Shown piece after piece: positions 18,901-28,800 of a stretch of DNA of 64,000 bases. Origin of the DNA: a virus (taxonomy: Duplodnaviria > Caudoviricetes); the IMG/VR virus record IMGVR_UViG_3300037067_008087, positions 18,397 to 82,396 of that record, one strand, 5' to 3'. Within the stretch, counting starts at the first letter, position 1. Each line of letters opens with the position of its first letter. The position numbers and the translations under genes were made by a program. The notes below the pieces were generated by a model that had not been told where the DNA came from, did no database searches, and saw nothing but the letters and a program-made list of their open reading frames with translations.

Positions 18901-19953
18901 CGCTGATAAATACAGTTCCCAATACCAAAGCCCCCATGAATTATAAACTACATTATTTTGATACAACACTTCGGCATCATGTATATCACAGTCAAAACCA
19001 GTCCCCGGATCAGTCGTAAAACCTTGTTTGCACTTGTAAGCAATGTTGTTATAGTAGTGCATTATTGGCCCATACGGGTAATTTAGATTTTGTTCTACAA
19101 AACCAGACGCTTTATTAAATGCCGCAATATTATTATATGCTTTTCTCGTTTCTAATGATTGTTTATATCCATGTGAATATTTAAAACCAACTCCGGCACC
19201 GTATTCAAGTAGCCCATTACTAAAAGCCCAATTATTATATACATGAGATTGACAAGCCGGGCTAACTTCAAATCCATCATCTGAATTATTCCATGATCTA
19301 CACCCGGAAACTATAAATAAATTAGTAGAATCAGGCTCTGCCGTCCCAGAACCAAAAGTAAATCCATCAGCCCTATTGCCGGGCTCGGGATCATTTTCAC
19401 TTATATTATTATAGCTATCGCAGTTTGTAACATACAAAGTGTCGAAACCTATTATCCATGTCCCATACCCCTCAATATCATGTGATACCATCTGGTCAAA
19501 CCAAATAACCCCTACCTGATATAATGATATACCTGAAATCCATTGACCCAACACAATCTGTTCGCAATTCCGAACTGTTAATCCCCTGAATTTAATATAG
19601 GTAACGTTTTTGACATCTAATGCAACCTTAGTTTCTTCTGAAGTATAATTACTACAATCTAATATTGGGGTTTCATTCGGATAATTAAAAAAACAGATAG
19701 GATCAGTGTACGTGCCGTTATTACCATGACTTGCCGAAGGGTTTAATATAGGTTCTGACGTAGGTTGCCAAATCCCATTACGGAAATATACAGTGTCCCC
19801 CGCTTCGGCTGTGTCAAATCCTTTCTGCCATGTTGCAAAAGGCTGTGCTATCGTTCCGGGATTACTATCACTTCCCCCTGAAGGAGCAACATAATAAGTG
19901 GCTGCATTTAACACACTATTACTAAACAATAGTATAATTATTATTTTTTTCAT
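15907..19953 (-). CDS. Signal-peptide-bearing multidomain depolymerase: PL9-like beta-helix + Ig-like + FN3 + NodB/CE4-like deacetylase
   Basis: Real start MKKIIIILLFSNSVLNA-ATYYV at 19953 (ATGA overlap). Beta-helix motifs GDTVYFRNG, NRADGF, NSDDGF, GVGFK; FN3 (FTANWTAVSGASSY...YYYRVRAVN); C-terminal EIGLHT, AYPGG, YGHP. Confidence 0.75.
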   Translation of the reverse strand: MKKIIIILLFSNSVLNAATYYVAPSGGSDSNPGTIAQPFATWQKGFDTAEAGDTVYFRNGIWQPTSEPILNPSASHGNNGTYTDPICFFNYPNETPILDCSNYTSEETKVALDVKNVTYIKFRGLTVRNCEQIVLGQWISGISLYQVGVIWFDQMVSHDIEGYGTWIIGFDTLYVTNCDSYNNISENDPEPGNRADGFTFGSGTAEPDSTNLFIVSGCRSWNNSDDGFEVSPACQSHVYNNWAFSNGLLEYGAGVGFKYSHGYKQSLETRKAYNNIAAFNKASGFVEQNLNYPYGPIMHYYNNIAYKCKQGFTTDPGTGFDCDIHDAEVLYQNNVVYNSWGLWYWELYLSACDGPPSYARGDHNTWLFTNGEIPYWEYNDTLSWAYSGLNDNFNILDSASMFAELTASRKADGSLPDITFLTLKEGSVLIDAGVDVGLPYNGLAPDLGYSEYGSADSTATNILTFTLSAQTGSATINSTAHTVSIEVEYGTSVTALQPTITVSEGATISPTSGTATDFTSLVVYTVTALDESTQEWTVTVTVAAAPETPTGGFMGSGGQFMKSEGKFMKGGNSFMVYMSAPVATAATSVTDTSFTANWTAVSGASSYRLDVSTASNFATFVTGYNNLTVSGTSQSVTGLTENTTYYYRVRAVNSAGVSASSNIITVAVNIYVFVADTFNFTTNEWIDATFYENNAALKNASARTSITGNLDYTITGVLTTDSISVVDGSDLPTIPVDGTLRIAEGDTVYGISIWREDVIWAIIPFCEPIIETNIPTTSYDVSGNSHHALCSGLAEANVATQNNYFYLAQYGYNDTKVKYQSDFSTSTSGWSAVWGTSGTGTLSFSNNNLTAEVTKQPTASATTRPYLQRNNTITSGIYTRLTIIGTALYAGYNAGGGLITVAPWDLVNRSHVANFTAGETTLYLYFNGSARSSFEINSVLVEEYYIIPGLLAGTNDVLGKPLRNVQDGSTWLRYACDIDFPFTLEKPKLSTLLLSGYCVADKNYFIENTTEGYFGEYTENQIFTATGDESLSEANSVREVLDTIFVGDPLKFTDFDNWRPHLYYNKMDSNYYDGGYNYRTTGYIKDLIIFKDDVYVSDSDHAQYNTDYVLIQNVDFPLVVFSWDHTTPTEIPLLDTVFVPHSVPQTFFINYGHYLTNTQIKSLIKNDNEIGLHTLSINGEYPPERIEFHETSANYTTEQLATYYEKAVNYYDTAIDYRIVSKAYPGGAADDVTFSAVLDYFNIGRSVSATLVTNNRLKIPINRWDLFYAQGFDIPNQTTIEGHIDAIITTKRTTLGIYGHPGTWDLEEYEYYTILENILDYIRTKQVAGDEIRVVTYKQLYDLVNQYK

Positions 19954-20717
19954 AGATACTTTTCTTCTAACCAATCATATATTGTAGATTGTGTAGTCCC
20001 GTCATCAACAACACTTCTGATAATAACTGCTTTTACCTCTATATTTGAATTATACGAGCCACCGCCATTACTCCCAAGATAAAAACCAGCCATATCATTA
20101 CTCCCAGCATTTCCCGTTACGGCGGTATTTTTATTAATCTGCAAAGAGGAGCTTTCGCCATTTAAAATTACACGAACAATGCCGTATGTATCTAAAGCTA
20201 AATCACCATCATCTTGCAATACAGTCCCAGCATATAATCTTAAATATCCTGAATTATCAGTTGATCCTTGTTGTAAAGAACCGTATTCGCTGGCATTATT
20301 ACCATCAAACACAAAATCCCACCGAGACCAAGTAACTTGTTTAAAGACAATATAAATGGTTATTGGTTGATTTAAAGTATATACCCCACCAAGAAAAGCG
20401 CCTTCTCCATTAAACAATATTCCATTTGCGTTTAAAACAGGACGTTCAACCCAAACTACAGGTACAAGGTCTAAGTCGTTACCAGATTCAAAATAGTCTC
20501 TCCATTCTTCAACATAAGTAGGATGGTCAACGGTCATGGTAAACGTACTTGATTCATCGTACAAATACATCGCTACCGTATTATTATCAAGTTCCTCTGG
20601 ATACTCCCCTCCTTCTTCCCCAGCACTCTGCACCCCCCTATAAAACGGATACCTCCCTATCTGCCCGTTAACTGAAACAAGCAGAAATAATAAGGGTATT
20701 ATTATTAACTTTTTCAT
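19950..20717 (-). CDS. Signal-peptide-bearing concanavalin A/LamG-like lectin-domain protein
   Basis: MKKLIIIPLLFLLVSVNG-Q; beta-sandwich pattern (P.L...G..F.G, TIYIVFK, SSLQIN, IKAVII-like strand, YDWL..KY). Confidence 0.6.
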   Translation of the reverse strand: MKKLIIIPLLFLLVSVNGQIGRYPFYRGVQSAGEEGGEYPEELDNNTVAMYLYDESSTFTMTVDHPTYVEEWRDYFESGNDLDLVPVVWVERPVLNANGILFNGEGAFLGGVYTLNQPITIYIVFKQVTWSRWDFVFDGNNASEYGSLQQGSTDNSGYLRLYAGTVLQDDGDLALDTYGIVRVILNGESSSLQINKNTAVTGNAGSNDMAGFYLGSNGGGSYNSNIEVKAVIIRSVVDDGTTQSTIYDWLEEKYL

Positions 20718-20720
20718 GGC

Positions 20721-22007
20721 TTAGTAAGTTGACGTTTTGTAGCCTGAAAGTTGCAAGATTAACAATGACGGTTTATTCCCGGCACTTGTGGCACTTATCG
20801 TACACCATACAAACACCCCCGGCGGGATAACTGCATTTGCAAATGAAGTATCTACATCTCCGGTAGTCGTGCTTGTTATTGTCAATGCTTCTGTGTTTAA
20901 GTTAGTCGCTGAACCTGATTTAAAGGTTGCGTGCCAGCTTACCTGTACCCCCACTGTTTCAGTCCCGCTACCTTCTGCCAATACCCCTCGTAAAGACGTT
21001 ACGTGTATCGTATCGCTTCCCGCATTGAAGAATGAACCCGCTATTGCATTATCATTAAAAGCTGCTGTGTCTGCCGCCAAGCCACCTCCCAGACCGAAAG
21101 TGAATATCGGTATTGTGTCGGCTAACATAACAACATCCTCCGTTGCTGGCTTTCCTGCAAGTCCGGTTGTAAAATCATAGCCCGTCACATAACTCCCTGC
21201 TGCTGTGCCGGAACTGTCTGCTAAAGCCACACCGTCAACGGCATTGTTAAGTAAAGCTGCATTAGAATCGGCAATCATACCTGCTGCCTGTGCTATAACA
21301 AAAGCCGTAGATGCTGCTTGAGTTGTGTTCGTCCCTGTTACTGCTGTCGGAACAGTAGGAGTGCCTGTTAATGCCGGGCTTGAAGATAATACAGTCGAAC
21401 CAGTACCAGTTGACGTGGTTACTCCCGTTCCCCCATTTGCCACTGCTAAAGTTCCCCCCTGTGTTATAGTACCAGATGTCGTTATTGGCCCTCCCGAAGT
21501 CGTTAATCCTGTTGTACCTCCTGAGACGGCTACACTGGTAACAGAACCAGTCCCTCCCCCTATCTCAATGGCATTTATCCTTGCATCCAAAGAAAGAGTG
21601 TCATCACCAGTAAGAAACCCAGTTAAAGCAGATAACTTAGCATAATTAAGCAGGCTATCTGCAATTTCACTCTGTACATCCCCAATAGTTATAAATTCAC
21701 TTATGGCAGAACTCTTTACATAGTTAAGTAAACTATCCGCTATCTCCCCCTGAGCATCACTAAGGGTTATTAAATCAATAATATCATCATGTGTAGCTAT
21801 TTTTGTAAGGGTATCTCCCCATTCGACATAGCCAGTTAGGTCAAGTTCCCCAGCCACAATATCATTTGCTACACTATCTACATAGTGTATTGTTGCAATC
21901 TTGTTTATAGTGTCTACGGTTGCTGTGGCATCAATCTTTTTCGCTTGCCCAAATGCCGATAAGCTTGTTATTACTAAAAGCGATATGATTGCAATTTTTG
22001 TTTTCAT
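20721..22007 (-). CDS. Tail-fibre-like protein with an N-terminal signal peptide
   Basis: MKTKIAIISLLVITSLSAFG-Q; contains GTLAVANGGTG and SPALTGTPTVPTAVTGTNTTQAASTAFV, a typical phage tail-fibre repeat motif. Confidence 0.75.
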   Translation of the reverse strand: MKTKIAIISLLVITSLSAFGQAKKIDATATVDTINKIATIHYVDSVANDIVAGELDLTGYVEWGDTLTKIATHDDIIDLITLSDAQGEIADSLLNYVKSSAISEFITIGDVQSEIADSLLNYAKLSALTGFLTGDDTLSLDARINAIEIGGGTGSVTSVAVSGGTTGLTTSGGPITTSGTITQGGTLAVANGGTGVTTSTGTGSTVLSSSPALTGTPTVPTAVTGTNTTQAASTAFVIAQAAGMIADSNAALLNNAVDGVALADSSGTAAGSYVTGYDFTTGLAGKPATEDVVMLADTIPIFTFGLGGGLAADTAAFNDNAIAGSFFNAGSDTIHVTSLRGVLAEGSGTETVGVQVSWHATFKSGSATNLNTEALTITSTTTGDVDTSFANAVIPPGVFVWCTISATSAGNKPSLLILQLSGYKTSTY

Positions 22008-22023
22008 GTTTTTATGTGTTGTT

Positions 22024-22380
22024 TTAATTCTTCAACCATTGTATGAACATTATAATATATGGTATAATGGTTATGCCCAATCCTATTATCCATTTGGTGT
22101 CCCTACTAGACTCTTTCTTTTTTGCATAAGCCCTTTCCTTTTCTGTCGTTGTAACTTCTATTTCTTTCTTGAAATCTGAAATGGATGATATCTTTTCTGA
22201 CAGGGCGCTCATTGTATGGCATAGCTCTTCAGACCTATCTTCGTTTATCTTCAGCCGCACATTTAATTCAGTAACAGCAGAAATAACTCCCTTTTGGCCA
22301 TTACCCTCCAGCACTTTTTTATGCCTGTCGAGGGTTTCCTTCATTGCCCCTATTTCTTGTTCAAACTTGCAAACTTCCAT
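22024..22380 (-). CDS. Putative holin-like protein (coiled coil plus C-terminal TM)
   Basis: C-terminal WIIGLGITIIPYIIMFIQW preceded by a charged helical region. Confidence 0.45.
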   Translation of the reverse strand: MEVCKFEQEIGAMKETLDRHKKVLEGNGQKGVISAVTELNVRLKINEDRSEELCHTMSALSEKISSISDFKKEIEVTTTEKERAYAKKKESSRDTKWIIGLGITIIPYIIMFIQWLKN

Positions 22381-22812
22381 TTACCACCATATTTCAAGGT
22401 TACCATCTGTTACGCTATTCCACACTATTGTTATAGCTAGAATATCCCCTCGCCACTGTATGTCTGTTAACACTATCGCATTAGTGGTATATGCCACTGT
22501 AGCATAGTTAGCGGTATATGTTAATGTTGCATCCGCAGTATTTAAAGTGTATGGATTCCCGGATACATCAATCTTATAATTAGCATGATGATCATCCCTG
22601 CCATACCCGATAGTGGCGACAGCATCATTAGCATTAAAACTAGTGAAGTCCATTATCACAAGGCTCACATCTTGCTTGCTACCCATGTTTATAAAAAATG
22701 TGGTAGTATCTTGTGAATAATAATCTGCGGCATCATAAGTCCTTCTTAGGCGTTGGGCACTGATATCTACCGCAAGTAGCGACAACAGTAGGAAAAATAT
22801 TGTTTTTTTCAT
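22381..22812 (-). CDS. Small secreted beta-rich protein
   Basis: MKKTIFFLLLSLLAVDISA-Q signal peptide; TAACTTTG box at 22830..22837. Confidence 0.65.
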   Translation of the reverse strand: MKKTIFFLLLSLLAVDISAQRLRRTYDAADYYSQDTTTFFINMGSKQDVSLVIMDFTSFNANDAVATIGYGRDDHHANYKIDVSGNPYTLNTADATLTYTANYATVAYTTNAIVLTDIQWRGDILAITIVWNSVTDGNLEIWW

Positions 22813-22855
22813 TGAAATAAAATTTTAACAAAGTTACTAAAATCACATATATACC

Positions 22856-25800
22856 TTATTCTACACGATCCCCTAGGATGATCTGCCCCTTATCATTAAG
22901 CTTTACTTTTCTATTGGAAAATATAGCCTCTCTGATATCCGCGTCAAACCTTGCGTTTTTAAGCGCCGCGCTCACATCCGCTGGCTTATTGCCCAGCCTT
23001 ATTGCCTCATAATAATCTTCACGTATTGAATTTATGACATTATTCAAAGACTCTTCTGCCTCGAATTTTGCGTTAGCTAACTGATCCTTTTCCATGTTAT
23101 TGGGGGCTATATATCTATTATACCCCCTTAATACTTCAGAATAAATATCACGGGCACTCTCTATTCTTTTTTTATAATTCGGGAATATATAACTCTGCAT
23201 CGACCTCACTGGGTCAATTTTACGGGACTGGGCTCCCTTACCCATAGCCAATAGTGCGTGGCCCCAATCACCCCCTTCTTTTCTTGTTTCATTAACTTTC
23301 ATAAGGTCAGTGATTGTGGCAGGGAGATACAGATTTTCAGCTAAATACCAAGTTATATCCTTAAATTTATTAGACCAAGTATCTTCTTCGTTATAAATAG
23401 CGTAGCCATTATCATTACTATTCTTAATTAAATCAACATAAGCCTTAAATGTCATCTCATATCCCACAAACTTCCCAACAAATTCTTTAGCGGCATTTAT
23501 CAGGTCTTCTGTCTGAAGAGTGCCAAGGGCAGCTTTTCGGCCTACCATTAATAGCGGTGTGGTTATAGAGCCATAATAATCCATGTAAGAATTATTTACA
23601 TAGGTAGCGGTTCCATTTCCATGATCCTCGGTGATTGTTATTATATCATTCTTCCAGTAATCAGGGAGATATCGTTTCCACCCCTCTACATCTTCCGCGC
23701 TTTGCCCGTTTTTTCTATTCCTGTATGCAGATACAGCACTCAATGCAACAATAGACGCTAAATGACCAGACAGCCTCTGCATGCCTATATTTCTAGTATA
23801 TGGGTCTTTTATTTCTTTCCACCCTAATTCTGTCCCCTTAAGAAAATTAACCATTGTAGAATATGGGAACGATATAAACGTTTGGCTCCATGGTGTTTTC
23901 CTTGCTAACTGTATAATTCTTGGCAGTTCTGAATAATAAGTAGATGTATCATGTAGAATATCAGACGCTTTTGTTTTTGCCATTTCTATAGCATCCACAT
24001 CATTCATCCCCATCTTCTTATATACATCCCCGTATCTTAGATATTCAGACACATATCTATAAACTTTCCATACATCATCGGCCCAAGCGTAGGTTTTTAA
24101 TGCTGGCATTACTGTTTTCCTTTTAATTTTTTCACCCAAGGTTTCATCACCAACACGGAAGATGCTGTTTTTACTGGACATATCTTCAATGTTGCGCATT
24201 ATATCGCCTACATTAGTGCTATCACCAATAATACCTCGACTTATCAACTCCCTTGTAAACCCATTTCTATCTTTAAGTTGGTTAGCTATCTCTTTCGCCG
24301 TTGATATTGTATTAAAGTTCCCATTAGCTACCACATTCATTAGGTTAGATTTAAAATTCCTAACAGTTCCTTTCACCGATAAGGCTGTTTTAGAAATCTT
24401 TGCGGCAGACATAGACCCCAGCCATAACTTCATGGCAAGGCTAGACTCACTCTTGGGCTGCAATAAATCATTGAAGTTTTTGGCTATTTCTGGGGTTGTA
24501 TAATATTCTGATAAAGCCTTCGTCCCGGGTTTGCCAGAAAACTGGTAATTAAGTTTAATTTGTGCAATATGATTTTTACTAGCACTCTGGTGTTCGGATA
24601 TTAAACCTTGAGCTAATAAATCATCTTTTATCGCCTCATACATCTTACCCTTAGCAAGTAGTTCTGTCTGCCTGAATAGCGTTGTGGCTATATTATAGAA
24701 TGGGTCTGTATTTTCACCAAGTAGTTCTCTAACTTCTGGATTATCGGTCAAAAACTCAGACCTTCTTTTTAATGACCTAACATCAGCGTCAAGCATGCGA
24801 GGGCCAGATCGTAAGACAAAATCAGCAATATCCCCAACCTCAACCATCTGTTTCATCATACCCGTTGCTATATCTGCATGCTCAGCTTGCTCTTTGATCC
24901 TTTTATTATATACTTCTTCCGGTATACCAAAATTCCCCTTGTTGGCCTTCTCTGCTGAAACAACAAGGTCTATAAAGTCGCTGGCGGTAATTCTGCCATC
25001 ATTTACAGCGTCTAATAATCTACCGTCTTTATAGGCCTCTACAATAGCATCCTGCTTATTTTTCTTCATCCATTCTTCCTTTGGATTTTTAAGCAAATCT
25101 GATGATTGATTAAATATACTCTTATAAGGATTATATTCCATAAATATCGGCAGGGCCGCATCCTTAACTGCCGCCGGAATATTCTCCCAAGTATATCTCC
25201 TATCTGTATGAACCTTATATGTTCTTGTCATATAGAAACCCTGTCTTGCGGTAATGGCTTCAGCAAGGGGGGTGTTTATCATCTGTAATTGAGCAATACG
25301 CCTTGAGTGGCTATCCATCAACGCTCTTGCCTGTAATAAGTCCTCTTTAAACGAATCAGATAATAATGTTTCAAACCTATCTATCATTTCCCCAATAACA
25401 CGGGTATCTCCAATATCAGCAAATTGCTTCATTGCGCTATTTATCATTTTCTTATCCTGATCAGAAAGCCTACCCTCTAATTCTTTTGTCATGTTTTTAA
25501 GTAGGTTCACGGTATCGTATTTAACTGCCTCAATAGCGTTTTTTGTGCTCCTTATTATTCTAGCGGAGCTTTTAGGAATCCCCCCATATGATTTCCACCA
25601 ATATTTTAATCCTTCCGATATGTTTTTTTCTTTAAACTTTTCTTTACCAGTCCTAAATGCATTAAATGCATTATCCCAAAAACCAGCACCAGCGGGTTTA
25701 GACCTCTGCTTATCCTCTTCTTCTTTAAACCTATCTTTCATCCACTCCGCAGCCGTCTTATTTCTTCCCTCTGGAGTTTTCTGTGCTTCTTTCCATTGTC

Positions 25801-28800
25801 GGTATTGTTCTCCACTCATACCCGGAGGTAAGGCAGTGCCTCCTTTGGGCGATGGAGGTATAACAGTTTTCTCTGCTGTCTTCTTCTCTACTGCCTCTAC
25901 ATCAATACCAGTAGCCTTCCTTATAAGATAAGCCTTTGCAGCCTTTTCCCCTTCAGCTCCCTTACCAAACGGCTTACCTGCGCTTATTGTCTTAGGGTCG
26001 CTTGGATTGACCGCATACCAAGTACCGCGACTTTCAACAACCCTATAAGTTTTATCTCCGGCTTCAATATAATGTTCAACACCAACTACATCACCCTTAG
26101 CGTTCATACGTGGGCGTGTACTAAGTTTAATATCCCTATCGACTACTTTTCTTTTCTCTTGAACATTTCCACTTGTCTCAGTCTTTTTTGAGCTTGTTGT
26201 TTTGTCAGGTTTGGTTTGCTTAAGTTTTTCCCCGACTCGCTTTTCACTTGGTATCCCTGTTTTGTTTTTGTTATCATTTACTTTAAGTTTAGTAAGGTCA
26301 GTAATACCCCCTTGTTTTATTTTCTCTGTCGGCTTAATTTTATTCTTAGGGGCTTCAGTCTTCACCCCTTGTTTTATCTTGGGTTTTTCAGCCACGCCAA
26401 GATCGGTTAAATCAGTATAGGTTTGTTTAACCTTTTCTACTGGTTTAATTTTGTTCTTAGGTTTTTCTGTCCCCTTATTCTTTTCACGGCTAATATCAGT
26501 TAAATCAGTATAGCCCTTGGCTTTTTTAATCGGCTCAGCTTTAGGTGTTTTTAATTTAGCCGATACAGTATGTGTTCGGGCTCCGCCATAATCCATGGCT
26601 TCATATTTCCATGAGTATTCAGGGTTGGTAGTCTGTAGTTTCCTGCGGGCTTGCTCTGCCGCACCGCGCCCTTCAAAATATTCATCTACTACATACTCAC
26701 CAGCTTTATTCCCCTCGATTAATTCATACTGACGTTCCCCGTCACTAACCTTAGGATTTGTTGATGTTTCCTTTGGTTCTTCCTTAATTGGTTCAGCAGC
26801 CTGTTTGATCTTCTCTTTTGGCTTCTCGATTGCTTTAGGCTTTGGCTCCGCTTTCTTTTCAATAGGTTTAATTTTATTTTTAGGGGGTTCTTTTTTAGTA
26901 ACCTCTTTCTTTTCTGGCATAACTGGCTTAGGTTTTTCTGCCACGGGCTCAGTTTTAGCCTTAACCTCAGCAACCCCATCTCTGACTAAGTCTCTTTTAC
27001 TTAATTCTAGAGAAGAAGATGTATCTTTATATTGAGCAATAACACCCTCATTTGACCTAACTACTAAATCTCCATTAGGATTTACCTCTTGCACAACACC
27101 ACTAAAACCACGTTCTTTATCCTTTACTTTGTCACCAACAGCAAAATCAGCCCGTTCTGTTTTAGGGGTGGGCTCAGCTTTTGGGGGCTCAACCTTAGGG
27201 GTCTCTTCTTTAGGTTTAGCGGCCTCCACTTTGGGAGTTGCTTCTTTGGCAGCTTCCGCCTTAGGAGCCTTTGCTTCCCTTTTTATTGGTCGCGCTACTT
27301 TAGCTTCAGGTTGCACCTCTACTGCGGCACTGACTTCTTCTTTAACTGGCTCTGGTTTCGCTTTAAAATTAGCAGATGGTTTCATCCTATAAGAGCCATC
27401 TTCCATTTTCTCGGCTTCTTCAGACCTAACCAAAGAATCCCACATATTACGAGCCTTAGAACTTATCTTGTCCGGGCGATCAGATTTTATCACATCCCCT
27501 TGCTGCCCAGCCTCTTCATTAAGTGATCTATATACCTGCTTACCAAAGCCCCTGCCCTCTTCATTTACATCTACCCTTTTAACTTCCCATCCTTCGGGTT
27601 TTTCTTCTATGGTTATTTCACCAAACTCTTCGCCGTCTTTTGTTATCTTACGAGTGAACGTATTCTCGCCCGCCTTAAGTATTTTCTTAATGGAGTTAGT
27701 TGATGGGGTTTTCTCTGATACTCCTATAACGGGCTTAGCCGTGACATCACTTCTCTTTTTAAACATATCAGACTTGGCTTGTTCTTGCCATAAATTTTCA
27801 AGATCGCTTATTTCTTTTTCTAAAAACTTTTGCGCTGTCTCTATTTCCTCAATGGTATTTTTTCGGGTCTGTGATAATTTAGAACTTTCAAGCCTCTTGT
27901 ATTCTTCATATAAATTATCACTAGCCTTCCTTATTCTGTCATTAATAACAGGGAGTTCCCCGTCTATATCATTTATAGTCCTGCGTGTTTCTTCGTTTAT
28001 AAATAACTCGGGTTCCTGAAATTCTTTTCTATTGTCTAATATCCTAACATCTACATCATCTTGGATTTTCTTATTGTTCTCTATTATCTTATCTATCTTA
28101 TCAAGCTGTGTTTTTTTAGTGGCGTCTGGAAGATCAGATTCCTGTATAGATTTTCTGTATAGGTCAGGATTAACTATAACGTCTTTAGATATAGCATTGA
28201 TATCTATTATATTGTCTATTAAGGTTTTTGACGAAAGAAGTTCATTCTTCCTTTGTATGTTAGTTTCTTGGGCAGCTTGATCACCTAACTCTATTGATCT
28301 CTCTCTTAGTTTAGATGGCTCAATATCCATTGACTGCACTAAATCAATAGCCTTAGGAGATGCGCTCATGAAGTTTTTGGCGGCTTTATTATAGGCGTTT
28401 CTTATAACCGCCCTCTTTACATCTGTCCCTATTAACCTAGGTACACCGGGTAAGCCAAGTCCGATACCAACACCAAGCGATTCCGCTGCTGTGCCCCAAT
28501 CAACTTCTCCATTTTGGGTATATTGATTATAAACATCATACCCCATAAACCCAATACCATTGGCAAGTGATGCCGCAGAACCAGATAAAACAGCTGATTT
28601 TGTTGCTTGCCCAACTAAATTGCCTAACATGCCAGAACCAACACCCAGTGAATGTAACACACTACCAGCAGTAAACCCTTCTACTGCACCAACTAAACCA
28701 GATTTTAATCTATCTTTAGTGTTGTCTCCGGTTTTAGTGCCGCGATATAAACCCTTCATCCCCTCAAGCGTGGCTAATTTGGGAATATTAACAGCCTTAC

